Part shown: one piece after another, positions 26,669 through 39,119 of the stretch
Layout: the number at the start of each line of letters is the position of its first letter
How positions within the stretch are numbered: position 1 is the first letter of the stretch
Assembly (NCBI GenBank): GCA_051362555.1
Contig: CM120647.1
Coordinates: 682,001-746,000 of the forward strand
Length of the DNA stretch: 64,000 bases
Source: Lingula anatina
Lineage: Eukaryota; Animalia; Brachiopoda
Direction of reading: 5' to 3'
The notes under the pieces: generated by a model
What the model saw: only the letters and a program-made list of their open reading frames with translations
Told to the model about the DNA's origin: nothing
Databases searched by the model: none
Program-made: the position numbers and the translations under genes

Positions 26669-27151
26669 TTCTCCCCTCCTAATTGTTTTGTCGTCCCAGA
26701 CAAAATAATTGTTACAGTAATTACTTATAAAAAGTTTGCATAAGCTTGTCTAAAACTATATATACCATAATCAAAACAACAATAAACCATTATATATAAT
26801 AACTACTATTTACATGACACCAGTATCTCACTCAATTATAACTATTCTTTACTCTCTTTAATCAAATACTTAAACCAAAGCTTACATCATTTAAGTTATC
26901 AGAGACATCCAACGTACATTAACATAGTAAGTATAATGCATCTTATAAGAACTCTCTCTCTACTTAAACCTTAGCCTACACAACATACTTGATAAAAGTT
27001 ATCAGAGACATCCAATGTACATTAACATAGTAAGTATAATGCATCTTACAAGAACTATCTCTACTTTATCACTAACCTGTACAATCAAGTTATCAACTTT
27101 ATACTATCTAATCACCCTCTTAATACTAAAGTCTTATACTTAACTAATTAA

Positions 27152-27547
27152 CATTCCGATAGAAGCCGACGGGTTGATCATCGAGGATCTTAAAGCCGAG
27201 CAAAGGAAGGAATTTCCCGCGGAAATCGATGAGGCTAAAGATGAGGAATCAGATTACGAAGTCTTTGAAGGCTTACTATATTCAACATGCGCCCCGTCTC
27301 AATATGAGCCAGACTATCCGCGTTTATTATTACCTTTGCGATTTCGAGATCAGGTTATTTCGAATTGTCACAAAAACGTGGGTCATGTGGGAATTTTCAA
27401 AACAATGGCTCGAATTAAGGAGGCGTATGTGTGGAAAGGGATGAAAAAGGAAGTGACGCGCTGGATAAAACGATGCCCCACATGTTTAGTCCATAAAAGC
27501 AAACCAGACAGGCCGAGGCTAGGTGAAATGCCTATGCCAGCCTACCC
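27152..27547 (+). pseudogene. Fragment of a different Gypsy pol (integrase zinc-binding region), antisense inside the 3' UTR of the full-length element
   Basis: GLLY..RLLLP..CHKNVGHVGIFKTMARI..YVWKGM..RCPTC. The sequence is GC/CpG-richer than the flanking UTR repeats. Confidence 0.85.
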
Positions 27548-27881
27548 ACACTTAAACTACCTAATATATACTAACTTATCACCCTCCTCATACTGGAGTC
27601 TTATACTTAAATACACTTAAACTATTAACTAAGTAATCACTATCCTAATACTGGAGTCCTATTACTTAAAAACACCTAAACTATCAACTACATACTAAGT
27701 AATCACCCTCCTAATACTGGAGTATTATTACTTTGTAAAAAAAAAATATAACTACAACTATACCAGCTTAGCTGTCCTGAAAAATACCTAAGCATAATTA
27801 CACATGTACTTAAGTTTTTCTCAACATTAATTGTAAAAATAATTTTTGAGTCTCTACTAAATCCTGTAATGAATCAGACCC

Positions 27882-28966
27882 TTATGATTTTTTATTCTCA
27901 GTACCCTGAAAATCTAAATGTCCATCAGTCTGAGTAGATATTGTTTTACACTCTACAGATTGCTCTACACAAACACTTTTAGGCAATTTATTGATATTTG
28001 AATGCTTTCCTGCTGTTCTTCGCGTACTTCTCCTTAATACAGCTATTTCATTACGAAGTTGATCCAATGACATGTTACTAAAATCCATTTCAGCATTTTG
28101 GTCACATTCCTGTACATTTGGTTCAGGATTTGATTTTCTTAACACATGAACTTCATATTCCTCATTTTCATCACTTTCATCAGAATCTGAATCATTTTTG
28201 TACACACGTTGCACATTTTGACATGACTGACCAGTCTCAACTTCACTGCTTTCCTCTTTCTGGACCCTATCTAAGACTAACTCATGAGCATCCATCAATG
28301 CATCACGGTGAATTGTTCTCTCAGGCCCTGTTCCATTGACACGTTTCACTTTGTACACTCTTCCCTCAGTATCCACACAGTCAATAACAATATATGGCTC
28401 TGCTTCCCACTTGTCTTGAATTTTATTCCTTCCCATTACATGGAAATTTTTCACAAAAACCTGGCTTCCAAGCACCAAAGGTCTGCTTTTTGCTTTCACT
28501 TTGCTTCTTTCATGGCGTTTAGTAGCTTCATTTTCTGTATATTTCAAAGCCATTCGGTATGCTTCCCGCAGGCGTTTCTGGTGACCAACAATCCAATCAT
28601 TCACTTCTTCCCCTACTGTCTCCCCTCCTGGAATACTTGATTTTAAAAGAAAATCAATGGGCAATCTTGTCTCTCTCCCAAACATTAAATAATAGGGAGA
28701 ATACTTCGTAGTTGTATGAGGAGTACAGTTATATGAGCATACTAATTCTGGTAAATACTCTGGCCAACGTTTTTTCTGTTCTTGTTGTAGAGTTCTTAAA
28801 CGGTCGTGTAATGTTCTATTAAAGCACTCAGCTTGAGAATTTCCCTGCGGATGATACGGTGTTGTTCTGCTTTTTACAATGCCATAAATTCCACACAATT
28901 CCTTTATCAATGCACTTTCAAAGTTACGTCCTTGATCACTATGAATACGATCTGGAGCACCAAATC
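27882..28966 (-). CDS. pol: Gypsy pol, 3' part (integrase core and C-terminus)
   Basis: FGAPDRIHSDQGRNFES, PYHPQGNSQAE, SPYYLMFGR. Joins the 5' part in frame (WFVRF-GAP) once the MITE and one TSD are removed. Confidence 0.95.
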
Positions 28967-30253
28967 TATGGAACGCCATCCACGCAAAAAATCAGACTTG
29001 CAATTTAATAGCCAAATGACATTCTAACAGCCTACAAGAAATCTAACAGTGGTCAAATCAATCTAATAGCCAACTCATAAAATTAAACAGTGTTAAAAAA
29101 TCTAATAGCCAACTCATAAAATTTAACAGCGTTAAAAAATCTTACTCCCAACTCATAATCTTACAGCCAACTTCTCAAAACAGCCAAGTCAGCATCTAAC
29201 GCTAGAGGTCACTGCTGTCACGGGTTTATCCGTGGACGGCGCGTAAAGTGATGACGTCATTTAAATATGAATGTAACTCCCAGTGCTTGTAATATATTCT
29301 CTTTTCTGTATATGAACATGTAACATAAAGATAATCTCCCAAGTACGCATGTGTTTGTCCTAATTGAATATTTTATGTGGTTTTGATATTAATCTCGAAT
29401 TAATTTAGCGTGAAAATGTAAGAGCAAATTAAGCATCAGTATATATAGAATTATTTCCCCATTGTTTTGGTCTCTTTACCATATTTTTATTTTATAATAA
29501 AAATCTTTTGTTTGTTTTATCTTGTTCTATATATTAAATCACTTATAAATATATGTTTCTAAAAGAATCATTTTAAATAGAACGTTCACTGTCATCCCAT
29601 CGGTGATTGTAATGCGATGAAAGTTGGACTTGTATTACCATCGTAGTAAAACGTGAGACTAGTGACCCAGATTATGCATTAGGTGAAACTGGGTCACAGT
29701 TTTGATTCATGCATATGCAGATTACGTCTAATTGCGTCCTATGATAGGACAATGCGTCCTAGGCACCACCATGTTTTACCCTACGCGATGTAACCTTGCA
29801 TTACTTAGTGCGGGGGTTTGAAACTGAACACCGTTTTCTTGTGCATCTTTCGAGAAGGAACTCCACGGATTCCGGTGGCAAAATACTCTTTCATATTAGT
29901 TCTGATTCGACCTTCCATCCACGTAATGTGGATGTTAAACAACATCTCTCAGGCTCCAGATGATGTCATCACTTTACGCGCCGTCCACGGATAGACCCGT
30001 GACAGCAGTGACCTCTAGCGTTAGATGCTGACTTGGCTGTTTTGAGAAGTTGGCTGTAAGATTATGAGTTGGCTGTAAGATTTTTTAATGCTGTTAAATT
30101 TTATGATTTGGCTATTAGATTTTTTATCACTGGTTAATTTTATGGGTTGGCTATTAGGTTATTTTGACCACTGTTAGATTTCTTGTAGGCTGTTAGAATG
30201 CCATTTGGCTATTAAATTGCAAGTCTGATTTTTTGCGTGGATGGCGTTACATA
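28967..30253. mobile_element. Non-autonomous DNA transposon with ~295-bp TIRs, TAT..ATA termini and 6-bp TSD CAAATC (IS3EU-like)
   Basis: TATGGAACGCCATCC.. / ..GGATGGCGTTACATA. CAAATC at 28961-28966 and 30254-30259. TIRs contain short subrepeats. Confidence 0.85.
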
Positions 30254-30259
30254 CAAATC

Positions 30260-33200
30260 GAACAAACCATTCCTTAACTAAAATCTTAGCTACAGTTTTT
30301 GCTTTCTGATCACGTGTGGGGATAACCTGAGTATACTTTGTAAATACATCTGTCATAACTAATACATTTTCAAGACCAGAACTACTTGGTTCTAACATCG
30401 TGAAATCTATAGCTAACACTTCTAAGGGACGCTTTTCAATTATTGAACCCAAAGACGTTTTCACACTTTTTCCTTTAGCAACTACACAACGCTGACAATT
30501 TTCACAATAGTCTTTCACTTCTTTTCCCATGCAAGGCCAAAAACAACGAGATTCCAATATTTGTAAAGTTTTCTCACTCGACTGATGACCCATATTATCA
30601 TGTACTGCTTTCAAAACAACAGTTTTTAAAACTTCTGGTAACAAAACTTGACATGCAACTACATTGTTATGCACCTTGGTTCTATATAATATTCCATTCA
30701 CTTCTTTCAATCTACTCCAGTCTCTGAGAATTCTGTTCACTTTCTTAGTTTCTTTACGCATCTGTCGGACAGTTGGCTTTCCATGTCTCCAATATTTGAG
30801 AACTCCAATTGTGTTGTCGGTTTCCTGGTATTTTTTCATATCTTCACTATCAATTGCAGAAAAAGTACTAGTGGATGAATGGTTTTCTTGAATCCTTATG
30901 TTTTTATCTATACTGGCAGTCTGTGCAATCAGTTTTCGTGGAAGTAAAGTACCATAATGTCTAAAAAATGCATTTTCAGCTTGCTCATTCCACTGTACTT
31001 CTTCAAACCGAACAGAATGAGGTTCTGCGTCTGTAATGTCTTTTCTACTCAATGCATCTGCTACCACGTTGGTTTTTCCTGATCTGTACTTTATCTGTAA
31101 TCTAAAATTGGCTAGCTCGGCAACCCATCTTGTCTCTGTCGCTCCAAGTTTTGCGGATGACTGTATATATGCAAGTGGATTATTATCTGTGTACACAACA
31201 CAGTTTGCACCAATTAGATAGTCTCTGAATTTCTCTGTAACAGCCCACTTCAAAGCACACAGTTCTAGCTTCATAGCACCATAACTCCCACTTTTCTCAG
31301 CTGGACGTAAGGATCTACTGGCATAACTAATTACAACAATTTTTCCATTCTGTTCTTGAGATAGTACAGCTCCAAGACCCATACCGCTAGCATCTATTTC
31401 TAGTATATATGGTTTTGTAAAGTCTGGATACCCTAGCAGTGGCACATGAGTTAATGCATGTTTCAGTTTCTGAAATGATTCCATACACTGTGAATCCCAT
31501 TTCCAAGCAGTAGTAAACTTCACAATCTTGCTTGATTTCTGTGATGATTTTGTTCCTCCAGTAAGTTTATGCAACGGCCCGGCGATTTTAGCAAAGTTTG
31601 GAACAAATCGTCTGTAATAGCTGCACACACCAAGGAACTGTGACAGTTGCTTCTCATTTTTTGGAGTGGTCCAGTTTTTTATTGCAGATATTTTACTAGG
31701 ATCTGGTTCCACACCATCTCCTGACACAATATGACCCAAGTAACGTAGCTTCTTATGTAACAGCTGACACTTGCTAGGCTTGACCTTGAGGTTTTCTTCT
31801 TGTAACCTTTGTAAAACTATCTCAAGTCTCTCTAATGTTTCTTCTACTGTAGACCCAAACACTAAAATATCATCAAGATATATCAGCACACTTTTAAAAT
31901 TTATGTCACCAAACAATTGATCCATCAATCGCATGAAAGTCGCTGGTGCTCCACAAAGACCAAAACTCATTCGAGTAAACTCAAAAAGACCACCTGTCCC
32001 TGACCTAAATGCTGTTTTGGGAATATCATTTTCATTTATTGGTACCTGATAATACCCATGAGCTAAATCAAGAGAACAGTAATATTTTGAACCACGTAAT
32101 ACATCTAAAGCCTCTTCAATTCTTGGCAGAGGGTATGCATCATGATGTGTTTTTGCATTAAGTTCCCTGTAATCAACACACATTCGAAGTTCACCTGTTT
32201 TCTTACGTACCAATACAATTGGAGCAGCATAAGGACTATGTGAGTCTCTGATAATACCTCTTTCCTTCCATTGCTTCAAATACTGTCTCAATTCTTCCCA
32301 TTGCTGAGGAGGAACTCTTCTATGTGGAATACGGACTGGTACATCATCTTTGGTCCTTATGTAATGTTTCACTTTCCGGCATAAACCAATGTCATCATCA
32401 TTCTTGCTAAAAACAGTATCATATTTTACAATTAAGTCAATCAGCAGTCTTTTACTTTTCTCATCAAGTGTCATACCAACATCCATTTTCTGTAATAACT
32501 GTTCTGTAGTGGCCTTGGCATTTTGAGTTAACACATCACACATCTCAGATTGAACAACTAAATTGTCACCTACAGCATCAAAGCAATTTATGGGTTGTAT
32601 CTTAGCTATCTGTGTACGAGGTTTCAAATAAATATCTGTATCACTGGTATTTGCTATTGGGCATGGTACAATTCCTTCTTGATTAACAGCTACACAGGTT
32701 GTGCCAATCATTAAACCACGAGGCAAAGTTAGACTTTCCATTTCTTCTATAACCGCATAATAAAACTGACCATTACCTGCTTGGCTTACAGTTGCTGGTA
32801 CCACTTGGACTGAGCTTGCTGGTATAAGTATGGGTTGATTCCCTGCAATCTTGACTTTACTTTCTTGTAAACGGTTTGTGTACGCCACATTTTCTTCATA
32901 AAGTGACAGCACTGCTACCCATTCGTCTGAGTGATTCTTCAAAATAGACTTGTACCCTTCTCCAAAGTACTGTTTAACATGGCGGAAGACATTAGATCCG
33001 ATTACCCCAGGCACCTGTATTTTCCGTTTCTCCACAGGAGTATCAGTAGGATCTTTCACTACAAGGAAACCTACATTGGGAATAACATGATTATTGATCT
33101 GTAAAGCAGTTTCAATGTATCCAAGGTATGGTATATCAGCACCTTGTGTACTAGAAATGTTTATCAAACATGAAACGTCAATCAAATGTACGCTGGGTAA

Positions 33201-33340
33201 GTTTTGTCTGTACCACCTTTCTGTGACTGTTGCTTGCGCTCCTGTGTCCAATAAACACTGAGTACTACATCCATTAATGCTAACCACAGTTTCTGGACAT
33301 TTTCCAACTATCTTAGTTAAAAACCCATTTAAAAATCCTG
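30260..33340 (-). CDS. pol: Gypsy pol, 5' part (protease, RT, RNase H, integrase N-terminus)
   Basis: LLDTGA, RMCVDYR, YLDD, IDASG, YTDNNPL, H..GH..C..C and LAIDF motifs. Overlaps the gag end in the -1 frame. Confidence 0.95.
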
Positions 33341-34305
33341 ATTTTGTGGACAGTTTCTAATTAAATGTTCTTCTGAACCACACTTGAAACATTTCCTCAC
33401 CTCAGATTGTCTACCATATCGGTTGCTACCGGTATGTCGACCTCTACCTCTAATTTGACCTCTACCTCTTACTTCTCTTTTCATGTCACGCTGACCTTGA
33501 AATTGCCCTCTCATTAACTCATTTATTTGTTGCTGTTGCTGCAAAATTTGTTTAGATTGCTGAGCTATTTGTTTATTTTGTTCTTGGACTAATTTTAAAA
33601 TTTCATTATTTTGTACCGCAGACTCTTGGAGAGTACCTGTTTCTTTCTGACTCTGATCACTCCTACCAATCCAGTCAATTGCTCTATCTCTAAGATAAAA
33701 AAATGACAACCTTGGTTGTTCTAAATTTAGTCTTCTTAACTCCCTTTTTAAACTGTTATCTCTAACACATTCCGCAAATCTACCTTTCAGTTTATTATTT
33801 CTGTCAACCAAGAATTCTTCCCTGATAACACAAAATTCATCAAAAAGTTCAACCAATTTTAGTGAACATGAAAGCAGATCGTCTTTACTACCTTGTTTGT
33901 ACTCATAAAAACGTTGCTGAAGAACAGGAAGTATGTCACCATCCCCGAAAACTTTTATTAAAATTTCAAAAATTTTCTCTGGGTTTGTGCTAATTTCTAT
34001 CCCTCTACCAATGATTTCTTTTCTAGCTTTACCAGCCAAATTACTAACAATGAAAACGGCAGCTTCTTCTCTATCTTTAAATTTTCTGGTATTGAGGTGA
34101 GCTTTTATATCTTGTACCCATTCTTTTATTTCTACATCATCAGGAGATGAAGGCTTATCTTTAAAACATGCTATTCTTCTTGAAATCCAATGGGATTTTC
34201 CCTCGCAGGTTTGAACCCTGCTCGCAGCGCCAAATGTAACCGAGTGTTTTTTGTATTTTATAGCATGGCAACAAAGTTGATTAGTTTTTCTTTACTCTCT
34301 GCCAT
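33329..34305 (-). pseudogene. gag: Gypsy gag with CCHC zinc knuckle, disrupted near its start by a tRNA/LTR insertion
   Basis: ATG at 34305 (MAESKEK..), then the insertion 34179-34289 introduces a stop. Frame resumes ISRRIACFKDKP..EWVQDI..LAGKARKE and ends CFKCGSEEHLIRNC..QDF*. Confidence 0.88.
34179..34232 (+). pseudogene. DNA copy of the 3' 54 nt of mature tRNA-Ser(TGA) including CCA, fused to an LTR end (34235-34289)
   Basis: Anticodon loop CTTGAAA, long variable arm GGGA-TTT-TCCC, T arm GCAGG-TTTGAAC-CCTGC, acceptor strand plus CCA. It is followed by aa and 55 nt matching the LTR terminus. Confidence 0.9.
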
Positions 34306-34604
34306 TTATATTCAAACCAACTAACAACATGCAATATTCTAACTCAGTTGACTGATGTAATATTAAACTAAACTAAACAAAACTAAACTATAACATATAA
34401 TACTACTACAACTGATAAACAATGAGAACATATACAATATTTACAATACATTTATTCACTGAAATGCACTGCAAAATGCATGATACGAGACCACTCTGGC
34501 TCCACAGATCATTGGTCTTGCGCCGACACCATGAAGATTTACTGACGAAGTCATTGGCCCTGTGTTGACACGACGAATTTCACTGATCCTGTACTGTATC
34601 CACA

Positions 34605-34945
34605 CACGCAGATCACTGGCCCTGGTTCATTGGCTCAAGGAAATCACTGGTTCTGCGCCGACACCATGAAGATTCACTGAGGTTGCTGAAGTTGCTGACC
34701 CTATCCTGACACTATCACTAACCCAGAACTGGATTCACACATGTCACTGGCTCTGGTTCACTGGCTCAAGGAAATCACTAGCCCAGAACAGTATTCACAC
34801 AGGTCACTGGCTCTGGTTCACTGGCTCAAGGAAATCACTAGCCCTGAACAGGTTTTACACAGGTCACTGGCTCTGGTTCACTGGCTCAATGACATCACTA
34901 GTCCTAGGCCTGAACTGAATTCACGTAGGTCACTGGCTCAAGGAA
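34605..34945. repeat. 60-bp tandem repeats in the Gypsy 5' leader
   Basis: gtcactggctctggttcactggctcaa at 34743, 34803 and 34863, with partial copies at ~34613 and ~34929. Confidence 0.85.
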
Positions 34946-35002
34946 GGGCGGGGTGGGCTAACTATTTGTATGCCTTATATATGCCATGTGCCACACTAGC
35001 TC

Positions 35003-35020
35003 ACCCTGCTCGCAGCGCCA
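35003..35020 (-). promoter_or_regulatory. Primer binding site complementary to the 3' 18 nt of tRNA-Ser(TGA)
   Basis: TGGCGCTGCGAGCAGGGT. The tRNA identity is supported by the longer tRNA copy at 34179-34232. Confidence 0.9.
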
Positions 35021-35022
35021 AA

Positions 35023-35537
35023 TGTAACCGAGTGTTTTTTGTATTTTATAGCATGGCAACAAAGTTGATTAGTTTTTCAATAGTTAACGTTTATTCAGTT
35101 CAATTATAGCATATAAAGTCATATGTAATAAAATGACATATAAAATGAATGGCATATATAAGGCCCCCTGAAAAAGTACAAAGAGTATATTTTAATAAGG
35201 CCTATTTCATAAAGCTACATACACACATTCTGAAACTGAACGTGAGACAAATATCGGTATCATAAGACAACTACTAGTACTTACTCTGTAACAACAAGAT
35301 AGTGCTTGTATTCTCTTATATAATGTTATCTTTTATAATGAATAACTCTGAATATGATACATTATAAGTAAATACTAACCCTGACAGACAAATTAGGAAA
35401 AAAGGCTAGAGCACACAACACACGTGTCTCTTCGTCTCTCCACACACAGTGAATGAATACTAAGGTCGAATTCACCACGTGACTTCCGGAGTTACCGGAA
35501 ATTACGTATATTCATGAGTGTCTTATCACTTGTCACA
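35023..35537 (-). repeat. 5' LTR of the Gypsy element
   Basis: TGTGACAAG..GGTTACA on the minus strand, followed after 2 nt by the PBS. Confidence 0.97.
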
Positions 35538-36849
35538 CACGGCCTCATAATTATAGCCTATTACTCTCAGGCTATACTCTTCGATGTTATTGTATTACAC
35601 GGGACTCTTGGAAACCTGAAGCACAGAGCATTGTGAAAGTTAATTCGCTATACAGAGTCTTGTTATATTCTTTATGCAGTTTGATACATGTAGCTGGGAT
35701 AAACACTGTGAGCTAGAAACAGGCTTTATTTAGCTTAACTTAATTTACGACAATTTAAACAAAACTAGTCATCAAGGCTCGATTTGATTTGGTGTTAACC
35801 TGACACTGGTTTTAAAAGAACAAATATAAGTTGGATGGATTAAATCACCAACATCGTTATATTTTAACTTAATGTGGTCATTTACACAGTAACACAGATG
35901 ATATTTACAAGTTGTCTGTCGTTTAGCACGCATTACAGTGAGAGTAGCTAAACAGTGACGATGATCGATCCAAGCACAATCTGTGCAAGTATTGTTTACA
36001 AAATAGATCATGTTGAATAAACTTACACTTTAATAAATAATCAGCACAAGGTTTGGTTATTGTCACTTAAAAGTTTTCGATCAAAGACGTTCAATGAAAT
36101 CACAAATCATTTGACGATAAACAAATGGACAGGTTCAAGGGGCATTTTTTGTTTCAGCTGGGGGGGACTTCAGGTAGAGGGTTCAGTGAAGGTGTTTCCT
36201 TGGGTGATAGCAGCATCACGCCCTAGGTCTAAGCGAGATGAATAGAAGCTTTTTGTCCATGCAAGCATCCTATTTCAATCTACTGAGTTAGAACAAAGGT
36301 CTAGTTACATATACTGTGCAATAACAATTAATAGATCAGTTGCATACTTGATTGTTTCACCCCCCCCCCCCCGCCCCTAGGTATCCCATGCATGCATTCT
36401 TACTTGAGTGATCTAAAACAAGTCGCTAGTGTACACTGTTTGTTACTGTAGCAAAATATGTTTGACATGGTGTTTCTGCATGGCAGCCGGAGACACAGTA
36501 ATTGTATGGGTATGGTTTAAGCTTGTTCGAGAGATAATAGCAGTCGCATTTAACAATAGAGAGCGAGTTATGTTAAGACCCCCTCCTCTTTAACTGATGA
36601 TTTACACTGTAAATTGACCATACTCTCATGTATTGTGTGATCACAATGTCATAGGCCCCCTGTTACACGTTGGAGTTGGATTCTCCTTGCGCCTCTGTCA
36701 ATGCACCTCATTTAATTTAAATATTATAATATAAATATAGTATAAGTAATATATATTTGCAATGTATTTTTCCTTTTTGAAAATGCTATACGCTGTTTTT
36801 CCTTTTTCCTCATTCATTATCGTTCATGTTTTATAAATTTGCAACTTTT

Positions 36850-38520
36850 TTTAATGCTTATACTTTCAAAAATAAGCAAAGATACCCCCATAGTTACTAT
36901 TGAATTTGAAAACAAAGTCATTAGAGTCAATTTAACTGTGACTTTAAAATTGACCTTTGATCTACTTTTTACCATGAACTGAACTTTGCAAATGTTCATT
37001 CCCTTATATATCCAAAACTGGCAAAGAAACGCCCATAGTTACTATTGAACTTGAATAGGAAGTCATGTATTGGCAATTTAAGTGTGACCTTGAAATTGAC
37101 ATTTGACCTTCTTTTTATCATGAAATGAACTTTGCTAATTTCTTTTCCTTTTAACTCCAAAGCTGGCAGAGATAGGTCCATAGTTACTATTGAAGTTGAA
37201 TGGAAGTCATATACTGGTAATCTTACTTGAAATTGACCTTTGACCTTTTTTCATGACAAACTACACTTTGCAAATTTTCGGATCTTTATATCTCCAAAAC
37301 TGGCAAAGATATGCATATAGTTTTTATTAAACTTGAATAGGAAGTCATATACTGGCAATCTAACTGTGACCCTTAAATTGACCCTTAGAAAAATTTCCTA
37401 TTGGATTTCCTATAAGATTTCCTATAGGATTTCCTATAGGATCCTATAGGAATTTTTGTAATGGTGTGAACATAAATTTTAAAAAAATAATTTCAGCTTC
37501 AATGATTTAGTACAAAAACATTCCTAATGATAAAATATTTCTCCATAAAAGATTACTTTACAAATGATCAATTTTTTTCAAGATTTCTTTAAAATAGAAA
37601 TTAAAGAATTTCTATAGAATCCTATAGAAGACTATAAGATTGTGCATTATAAACAATAAAAAGCATTTTTGCTTTAATAGTGATATATAATTGACAATTC
37701 AACTGATAAAACTGACCTATATCAAATATCTATTGTTTAGAATGATATTTGTTTATAAGATATGCATTTTTCTCAAGATTTTAACTTACAACAATTTCCT
37801 ATAGGATCCTATAGGAAATGTGCCCTATAGGATCCTATAGGAATCCTATAGGATCCGATAGGAAATTTTCGTAAGGGGACCTTTGAACTTATTTTCACCA
37901 TGGACTGAACTTTGCTAATTTCCTTCCCTTTTATCTCCAAAACTGGCTGACATAGGCAATACTTACTATTGAAGTTATACTGGTAATCTGCAACCTTGAA
38001 ATTGACCTTTGACCTATTTTTAGTGATAAACTGCACTTTGCAATTTTCTGATCTTTATATCTCAAAAAACTGGCAAAGATACACCCATAGTATTGAACAT
38101 GAATCGGAAGTCACATACTGGCAATCTAACTGTGACCCTGAAATTAACTTTTGACCTAATTTTCACCATGAACTGAACTTTGCAAGTTTTCTGTCCCTTA
38201 CATCTCAAAAACCGGCAGAGATACACCCAAAGTTGCTGTTTAACTGGAATAGGAAGTCATACACTGGCAATCTAACTGTGACCTTGAAATTGACCTTTGA
38301 CCTACTTTTAATGATGAACTGCGTTTTGCATGTTTTCTGACCTTTGAATCTCCAAAATTGGCAAAGGAATGCCTATGAATACTATTGAACTTGAATAGAA
38401 ATTCATATACTGTGATGTTAAAATTGACCTTTGACCTACTTTTTCACCATGAACTGAGCTTTGCATATTAATTTTCTTGCCCCTCATATCTTTAAAACTA
38501 ACAGAGATGTGCCCAGTGTT
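36850..38520 (+). repeat. Diverged ~145-bp tandem array (same family as 21690-22435)
   Basis: Recurring ttgaaattgacctttgacc and aaaactggca.agat motifs. Confidence 0.8.
37382..37877. mobile_element. CMC/EnSpm-like MITE, CCC..GGG termini, 2-bp TSD GA, subterminal cctatagg palindromic repeats
   Basis: cccttagaaaaatttcctattggat / atccgataggaaattttcgtaaggg. Removing it restores the host unit aaattgacctttga. Confidence 0.8.
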
Positions 38521-39119
38521 GGTAAAGCATATATGCACCATTGATAACACATTTCAAGGAAAACCAATAGACCTTTTATCTAGAGAATACCTAATGTCCA
38601 GCAAATCACTGGAGTGATCAATGTTAGGAAAGTGCACGTCAATTACAAAATCTGCTTGATTGTACCATTTTTAGTTATATTTTTTTGCATATTTTGCTAA
38701 CTTTTTGATTGCATTTTAAAGAGCTTGTCAAGCACAAGACTGGTGGTGGTGTCCCTTTTTGGAGGGGGGGGGGGTCCATACGAATGCGCTTACTCCAGCT
38801 GGTGGTACAATATCCAGAGGCGCCTCTCTGATCCTCTAGTTTTTAATTCTTTTTTTTTTCAAACATGGCATTTCCAAATGTGACTTCCACTTGTAACACT
38901 GTGCATTTTCTGTATTTTCTTAAACTTACAGGAAAGAAACATAAGACTAAAATGCAGCCTGAGTTGGAAAAGCAGTTCTTTTTCTGTTGTACATTTTTTT
39001 TTTTTTTTGAATTTTTTACCTTTCACATATTGGCATTTTCAATGCGGGACTTATAATTCCCATGGGCATGTAGCCCAGTGGAAATCAAATTTTCTAAATG
39101 TCTTTAATTTTTGTAGTAG

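Larger units (their letters stand above)
26136..35537 (-). mobile_element. Full-length Ty3/Gypsy LTR retrotransposon, tRNA-Ser primed
   Basis: Two TG..CA LTRs (26136-26668, 35023-35537), 4-bp TSD CACG (26132-26135, 35538-35541), PBS, PPT, gag and pol in PR-RT-RH-INT order. Confidence 0.97.

Noticed and set aside
34179-34232. Functional tRNA-Ser gene
   Set aside because: The 5' half (acceptor 5' strand, D arm) is missing, CCA is encoded, and it is fused to an LTR end.
34741-35109. Repetitive 122-aa ORF (SLALVHWLKEITSPEQ repeats)
   Set aside because: Antisense translation of the 60-bp leader repeats running into the LTR.
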